DNA of 37,208 nt, taken from contig JBKJSO010000084.1 of NCBI GenBank assembly GCA_046595835.1, positions 1 through 37,208 on the forward strand, given 5' to 3'. The translations under genes and the position numbers were made by a program. Below, one piece after another: positions 32,842-37,208 of this stretch (position 1 is the first letter of the stretch; each line of letters opens with the position of its first letter). This DNA is from Acidimicrobiales bacterium (GTDB lineage: Bacteria > Actinomycetota > Acidimicrobiia > Acidimicrobiales > VFJN01). A model generated the notes under the pieces. The model saw nothing but the letters and a program-made list of their open reading frames with translations, was not told where the DNA came from and did not search any database.

Positions 32842-33474
32842 GTGCCCGAACCACTTGACGCCCGTGAGCGACGGGAGCTCTGCGACCTCTTCGAGGAGCT
32901 CGGCCCCGACGCGGCCACCCTGTGCGAGGGCTGGGCCACGCTCGACCTCGCCGCCCACCTCGTCATCCGCGAGCGGGATCCTCGCGCGGGCCTCGGGATC
33001 GTGATCGGGGGCAGGTTCGAGCCCCTCCTCGATCGGCTGATGGCGAAGGCCGAGAAGCGAGGATACGACCGCCTCGTCGAGCAGGTACGCAACGGCCCGC
33101 CCTTCGGGCCCTTTGCGGTGCCAGGGCTGCGGAGGCTCCTCAACCTCAACGAGTACGTCGTGCACCACGAGGATGTGCGGAGGGCCAACGGTCTCGGACC
33201 GCGCACCGACCGGCCTGATCTACAGGACGACCTGTGGCGCCTCCTCGGCAAGGGCGCTCGCCTGATGCTGCGCAAGGTCAAGGGCACGAGCGTGCGGCTC
33301 CGGCGCCCCGATGGGCAGGCCATCACGGTGGGCTCCGGTCCCGAGGTGGTGATCGCCGGCGACCCGGTCGATCTGCTGCTCTACCTCCAGGGCCGCCGCG
33401 GTGCGGCCCAGGTCGAGATCACTGGCACCCCAGCGGCCACCCTGGCGTTGGCGAGCGCCCAGCCCGGCATCTAG
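32842..33474 (+). CDS. TIGR03085-like / mycothiol-dependent maleylpyruvate isomerase N-terminal (DinB-like) domain protein
   Basis: ERRELCDLFEELGPDAATLCEGWATLDLAAHLVIRE and NEYVVHHEDVRRAN are typical of this actinobacterial family. The start is uncertain: GTG 32842 is preferred, because GTG 32809 would overlap the divergent PPIase start. Confidence 0.7.
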   Translation: MPEPLDARERRELCDLFEELGPDAATLCEGWATLDLAAHLVIRERDPRAGLGIVIGGRFEPLLDRLMAKAEKRGYDRLVEQVRNGPPFGPFAVPGLRRLLNLNEYVVHHEDVRRANGLGPRTDRPDLQDDLWRLLGKGARLMLRKVKGTSVRLRRPDGQAITVGSGPEVVIAGDPVDLLLYLQGRRGAAQVEITGTPAATLALASAQPGI

Positions 33475-34080
33475 TCAGCTCACAGCGAGGATGCCACGAG
33501 CCTGGAGACCGGCGAGGCCCTCCCACAGCACCGCGAGAAGGATGTTCGTGGCTCGCTCGATCCCGCAGTCTCGGTAGTCGACCCAGTCCTGGGCCCCAGC
33601 CTCGAGGAGGCCCACCACACCACGGGCGATGAGGCGGGCCGCCGGCTCGTCGGCCCACGCGCTGGCGATCCGCTCGATTCGGGCCCGACGAGCACCCTGG
33701 ATGGCGGGGTGTTGCAGCGCGCCGGCCGCGGCCATGAGGTTCCACGACGGCTGGTTGTCGCGCGCGAAGAGCAGGTAGCGCCGGATCAATCGGCGGAGCC
33801 GAACCTCATCGGGCAGTCGATCATCGAGCGCGCGCCCCAACTCGGCGTCGAGGTGCTCCAGGTTGTGGAGGTAGACCGCGGCGATCAGGCCACCGCGATC
33901 GCCGAAGTAGGCGTAGACCAACGAGCGCGAGACCCCGGCGGCCTCGGCCACTTCCTCGAAGGAGACCTCCGACGGATCTCGGCCGCGGAACACGTCGGCT
34001 GCCGCGCCCACCAGGAGCGCCCGTCGTGTCACGGGGTCGAGACGGAGATGGGGCTTGATCTCCTTGACCGGGCGGCTCAC
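33475..34080 (-). CDS. TetR-family transcriptional regulator
   Basis: N-terminal HTH SFEEVAEAAGVSRSLVYAYFGDRGGL. 201 aa. Confidence 0.9.
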   Translation of the reverse strand: MSRPVKEIKPHLRLDPVTRRALLVGAAADVFRGRDPSEVSFEEVAEAAGVSRSLVYAYFGDRGGLIAAVYLHNLEHLDAELGRALDDRLPDEVRLRRLIRRYLLFARDNQPSWNLMAAAGALQHPAIQGARRARIERIASAWADEPAARLIARGVVGLLEAGAQDWVDYRDCGIERATNILLAVLWEGLAGLQARGILAVS

Positions 34081-34134
34081 TGTCCCTCTTCGTCAGGCTG
34101 GGTGTGGTGGTTGTGCGTACGGATGCGTTCGGGG

Positions 34135-35178
34135 TCAGACGGCAGGCTGGGCGACAGCGACGGGCATCTCATCGGAGGGAGCGGGCGTGCCAAGGATCGG
34201 GAAGTGGCAGGCCACGAAGTGGTCGTCCCCCACCGCACGCACCTGGGGCTCCTCGAGCGCACATCGCTCCTGGGCGATCGGGCAGCGTGTGCGGAAGCGA
34301 CAGCCCGACGGCGGGTCGATAGGCGAGGGCAGATCCCCGGTGAGGAGGCCTGACTGCACGGGAGGCACCGTGGGGTCGGGCACCGGGATCGATCGCAGAA
34401 GGGCGGCCGTGTAGGGGTGAGCGGGCGTCTTGTAGAGGTCGTCCGGCGACCCCACCTCGCAGATCTTGCCCAGGTACATCACCGCCACGCGATCGCTGAT
34501 GTTCTTCACCACCGCCAGGTCGTGGGCGATGAAGATGAGCGTGAGCCCGTACCGGGCCTTCATGTCCTCGAGCAGGTTGAGGATCTGCGCTTGCACCGAC
34601 ACGTCGAGGGCCGACACGGGCTCGTCGCAGATGATCAGCTCAGGGTCGAGCACGAGCGAGCGAGCGATGGAGATGCGCTGGCACTGCCCGCCCGAGAACT
34701 GATGGGGGCGCTTGTCGGCGGCCACCTCGGGATCGAGACCGACGGCGTCGAGGACCTCCGCCACACGCGCCTTCTGCTCGGCGTCGGTGCCGCGCTTCCA
34801 GATCCGCAGCGGCTCGGCCACGATGTCCTTGACCCGGCGGCGGGGGTTCAAGGACGAGATCGGGTCCTGGAAGATGAACTGCAGCCGGGTGCGCACCTGG
34901 CGCAGCTCCTGCCCGCCGAGCGCCGAGAGGTCGGAGCCCTCGAACAGCACCCGGCCGCGCGTGGGCGGAGGCAGCTGCATGATCGCCCGGCCAGTGGTGG
35001 ACTTTCCGCACCCTGACTCCCCGACGAGACCGAGGGTCTCGCCCTTGCGCACGTCGAGGCTGATGCCCGACACGGCGTACACCGTGCCGGAGGAGGTGTG
35101 GAACTCCACCTCCAGGTCTTCGATGCGCAGCAGGACGTCATCGGTGCTTCGCAGGTGTGCGGTGCCGGTGCCAGCCAT
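34135..35178 (-). CDS. Oligopeptide/dipeptide ABC transporter ATP-binding protein (OppF/DppF-like)
   Basis: I place the start at ATG 35178 (MAGTGTAHL). Walker A GESGCGKST, signature FSGGQCQRISIARSL, Walker B LIICDEPVSALD, and a C-terminal GCRFRTRCPIAQERC domain. Confidence 0.9.
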   Translation of the reverse strand: MAGTGTAHLRSTDDVLLRIEDLEVEFHTSSGTVYAVSGISLDVRKGETLGLVGESGCGKSTTGRAIMQLPPPTRGRVLFEGSDLSALGGQELRQVRTRLQFIFQDPISSLNPRRRVKDIVAEPLRIWKRGTDAEQKARVAEVLDAVGLDPEVAADKRPHQFSGGQCQRISIARSLVLDPELIICDEPVSALDVSVQAQILNLLEDMKARYGLTLIFIAHDLAVVKNISDRVAVMYLGKICEVGSPDDLYKTPAHPYTAALLRSIPVPDPTVPPVQSGLLTGDLPSPIDPPSGCRFRTRCPIAQERCALEEPQVRAVGDDHFVACHFPILGTPAPSDEMPVAVAQPAV

Positions 35179-36335
35179 CAGGCCTCCCCACCCACGAGTG
35201 CGGCGGTCTCGACAGCGGCCGCGGCGGCGGAGTCCCCGGTGACGGCCGCTTCGGCGGCAGGGAGGTGGTGAGCGAGGTTGCGCTCGAGCGCTTCGCGTCC
35301 GGCGTCGGTGCCCACGGGGAACCAGCAGCGGTAGAGGTGGCCTGGGGTCTCGGCCTCCACGAGGGGGGGCATCTCGGTGTGGCACTTGGGCTGCGCGTAG
35401 GGACAGCGCGGTGCGAAGCGGCAGCCCGGCGGTGGGTTGATGAGATCAGGCGGTCGACCCCCGATGATCTGCAGCCGGGTGTGGCTTGGCGACTCGAGCT
35501 TGGGGATGGAGCGCAGGAGCGCCTCCGTGTAGGGCATGCGCACGCTCGCAAACAGGGCCCGCGTGGGTGCCTTCTCCACGATCTGCCCGGCGTACATCAC
35601 GGCGATCTCGTCGGTGCGACCGGCCACCACGCCGAGGTCGTGGGTGACGAGCACCATGGCCATGTTCCGCTCGCGCTGCTGCTGGTTGAGCAGGTTGAGG
35701 ATCTGCGCCTGCACCGTCACGTCGAGGGCGGTGGTGGGCTCGTCGGCGAAGAGCAGCTTCGGGCCACAGGCGAGCGCGATGGCGATCGTCACGCGCTGTC
35801 GCATGCCCCCGGACAGCTCGTGGGGGTACTGGGAGACGCGCCGCTTCGGATCGGGGATGCCGACGGAGTCGAGCAGCTGCAGGGCCTGTTGTCTGGCCTC
35901 GTCCTTGGGAACGTCGAGGTGGTAGCGAAGTCCCTCAGTGATCTGGCGACCGATCCTCATGACCGGGTTGAGCGACGTCATCGGATCCTGGAAGACCATC
36001 GCCATCTCGGTGCCCCAGAGGGCCCGCAGCTGCTGCTTCCCGGCTCCCACGAGCTCCTGACCGTTGTACTTGGCCGAGCCGGACCGGTGGACGTTGCGCG
36101 CGGTGAGCAGGCCCATCATCGAGCGTGCCAGCACCGTCTTGCCCGAGCCCGACTCACCGACGACGCCGAGCGTCTTGCCCCGTTCGAGGGCGAAGCTCAC
36201 GCCGTCGACCGCCTTCACCATCCCGGCAGGGGTATCGAACTGGGTGCGAAAGCCGTCGACCTCGAGGAGGACCGCCGCCTGTGGGGTCGGTGCGAGGATC
36301 CGTCGGGTGCTGCGCGGCTCGCCTCGCTCGCTCAC
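35178..36335 (-). CDS. Oligopeptide/dipeptide ABC transporter ATP-binding protein (OppD/DppD-like)
   Basis: Walker A GESGSGKTV, signature LSGGMRQRVTIAIAL, Walker B LLFADEPTTALD, and GCRFAPRCPYAQPKC. GTG start overlaps the permease stop (GTGA). Confidence 0.9.
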   Translation of the reverse strand: MSERGEPRSTRRILAPTPQAAVLLEVDGFRTQFDTPAGMVKAVDGVSFALERGKTLGVVGESGSGKTVLARSMMGLLTARNVHRSGSAKYNGQELVGAGKQQLRALWGTEMAMVFQDPMTSLNPVMRIGRQITEGLRYHLDVPKDEARQQALQLLDSVGIPDPKRRVSQYPHELSGGMRQRVTIAIALACGPKLLFADEPTTALDVTVQAQILNLLNQQQRERNMAMVLVTHDLGVVAGRTDEIAVMYAGQIVEKAPTRALFASVRMPYTEALLRSIPKLESPSHTRLQIIGGRPPDLINPPPGCRFAPRCPYAQPKCHTEMPPLVEAETPGHLYRCWFPVGTDAGREALERNLAHHLPAAEAAVTGDSAAAAAVETAALVGGEA

Positions 36336-37208
36336 AGCGACGAGTCCTTGACGTCGAAGGCGGCCCGGAAGCGGTCGCCGAGCATGTTGACGGCCAGGAC
36401 CGTGAGGAACATCACGAAGGCTGGGATCATCGAGGTGTGGGCGATGTTCTCCTGTTGGAGGGCCCGCTTGCCGCCGTTGATCATCGCCCCCCAGCTGATC
36501 GTCTCCTGCGAGGTGAGCCCGAGGAACGCCAGGCTGCCCTCCGCCACGATGGCGATGCCCACCACCAGCAGGCCGAAGGCCAGCAGGGGCAGCACGACGT
36601 TGGGGAGGATCTCCCGCAGCAGGATCCGGCGCTTGGTGGCCCCGGCCGCCTCGGCTGCGAGCACGAACTCACGCTGCGAGAACGTGAGCGTGGTGGCTCG
36701 GGCGATGCGTGCGAACGCGGGGATCGACACCAGCGAGATGCCGATCACGACGTTCTTCAGATCAGCGCCCAGGAAGGCGACGATGGCGATCAGGAGGATC
36801 AGCGCCGGGAAGGCCAGGAAGACGTCGATGATCGACATGAGCAAGGTCTCGATGCGACCCCGCATGAACCCGGCGATGAGGCCGATGCCGCCCCCGACCA
36901 CCATGCCGATGGTCAGCACGCCCAGCGCCACCACCAGCGACACGCGACCACCCCAGATGATGCGAGAGAAGATGTCGAAGCTGTTCTGCTCGGTGCCGAG
37001 GAGGAAGCCCGGGGTACCTGGCGGCTTGTTGGGGAGCTGGTTGAGGTTGGCGAAGTCGATGTGCGATGGATCCTTGATCGGCAGCCAGGGAGCGAGGATC
37101 GCCGAGACGCCGATCAGGATCAGCCAGATGGCGCTGAGCCACCCTCCCAGCCCCAGCACGCCGAAGCGGCTGCGCTTACGAGGAACTGGGGAGTCCGTGT
37201 TGGGAGTC
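36332..37208 (-). CDS. Oligopeptide/dipeptide ABC transporter permease (OppC/DppC-like); the 5' end probably lies outside the window
   Basis: EAA-type loop AAEAAGATKRRILLREILPN and 6 TM segments. The frame stays open upstream of the listed GTG 37159 to the window edge (..TPNTDSPVPRKRSRFG..), so the true start is uncertain. Confidence 0.85.
   Translation of the reverse strand, partial: TPNTDSPVPRKRSRFGVLGLGGWLSAIWLILIGVSAILAPWLPIKDPSHIDFANLNQLPNKPPGTPGFLLGTEQNSFDIFSRIIWGGRVSLVVALGVLTIGMVVGGGIGLIAGFMRGRIETLLMSIIDVFLAFPALILLIAIVAFLGADLKNVVIGISLVSIPAFARIARATTLTFSQREFVLAAEAAGATKRRILLREILPNVVLPLLAFGLLVVGIAIVAEGSLAFLGLTSQETISWGAMINGGKRALQQENIAHTSMIPAFVMFLTVLAVNMLGDRFRAAFDVKDSSL

Noticed and set aside
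34081-34134. Searched the spacer upstream of the TetR gene for an operator palindrome (CGTACG at 34115-34120)
   Set aside because: I found only a 6-bp palindrome with no extended inverted repeat. That is too short to distinguish from chance.
1-37208. Scan for CRISPR arrays, tRNA or rRNA genes, IS elements, integrases, toxin-antitoxin pairs or phage-defence-like genes
   Set aside because: No regularly spaced direct repeats were seen. No non-coding gap is large enough for a structured RNA gene (largest about 109 nt). No ORF has transposase, integrase or nuclease signatures. The two AftD-like genes are diverged paralogs, not a recent repeat.

Overview
Very GC-rich window (about 70% or more by eye, not computed), almost fully coding, with intergenic gaps of about 110 bp or less. 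The gene content looks like high-GC Actinomycetota: AftD, Ppm1 and Rv3806c-type envelope enzymes plus a mycothiol-type DinB/TIGR03085-like protein. I saw no tRNA, rRNA, CRISPR array, transposase or integrase.

The core (about 2.9-29.5 kb) is a dense cell-envelope glycan locus with these parts:
- Two giant AftD-like (DUF3367-type) GT-C transferases in inverted orientation.
- A Ppm1-like polyprenol-phosphate mannose synthase and a GT4 transferase.
- An Rv3806c-type UbiA phosphoribosyltransferase.
- Two ArnT/PMT-like GT-C enzymes.
- Three further large polytopic membrane proteins of unrecognised family, two of them tandem paralogs.
- A UDP-galactopyranose-mutase-like flavoprotein.

The most interesting signal follows the UbiA gene. 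It is a translationally coupled module of a 101-aa ORF, a GMC-family FAD oxidoreductase and two extended SDRs. No DprE1-like (VAO-type) or DprE2-like gene is present in the window. I propose this is a non-orthologous route to a polyprenyl-phospho-pentofuranose (DPA-like) donor that feeds the surrounding GT-C enzymes. An NT5C-type HAD phosphatase in the locus is a candidate replacement for the Rv3807c phosphatase step.

Flanks:
- Left: a truncated GT2, a small membrane protein, an SDR and a Gfo/Idh/MocA oxidoreductase.
- Right (ordinary housekeeping): an AlkA-like glycosylase, an acyl-CoA synthetase, a cyclophilin, a TIGR03085-like protein, a TetR regulator and an Opp/Dpp-type ABC transporter truncated by the window edge.

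All family calls come from motifs read in the translated ORFs. No database search was possible.
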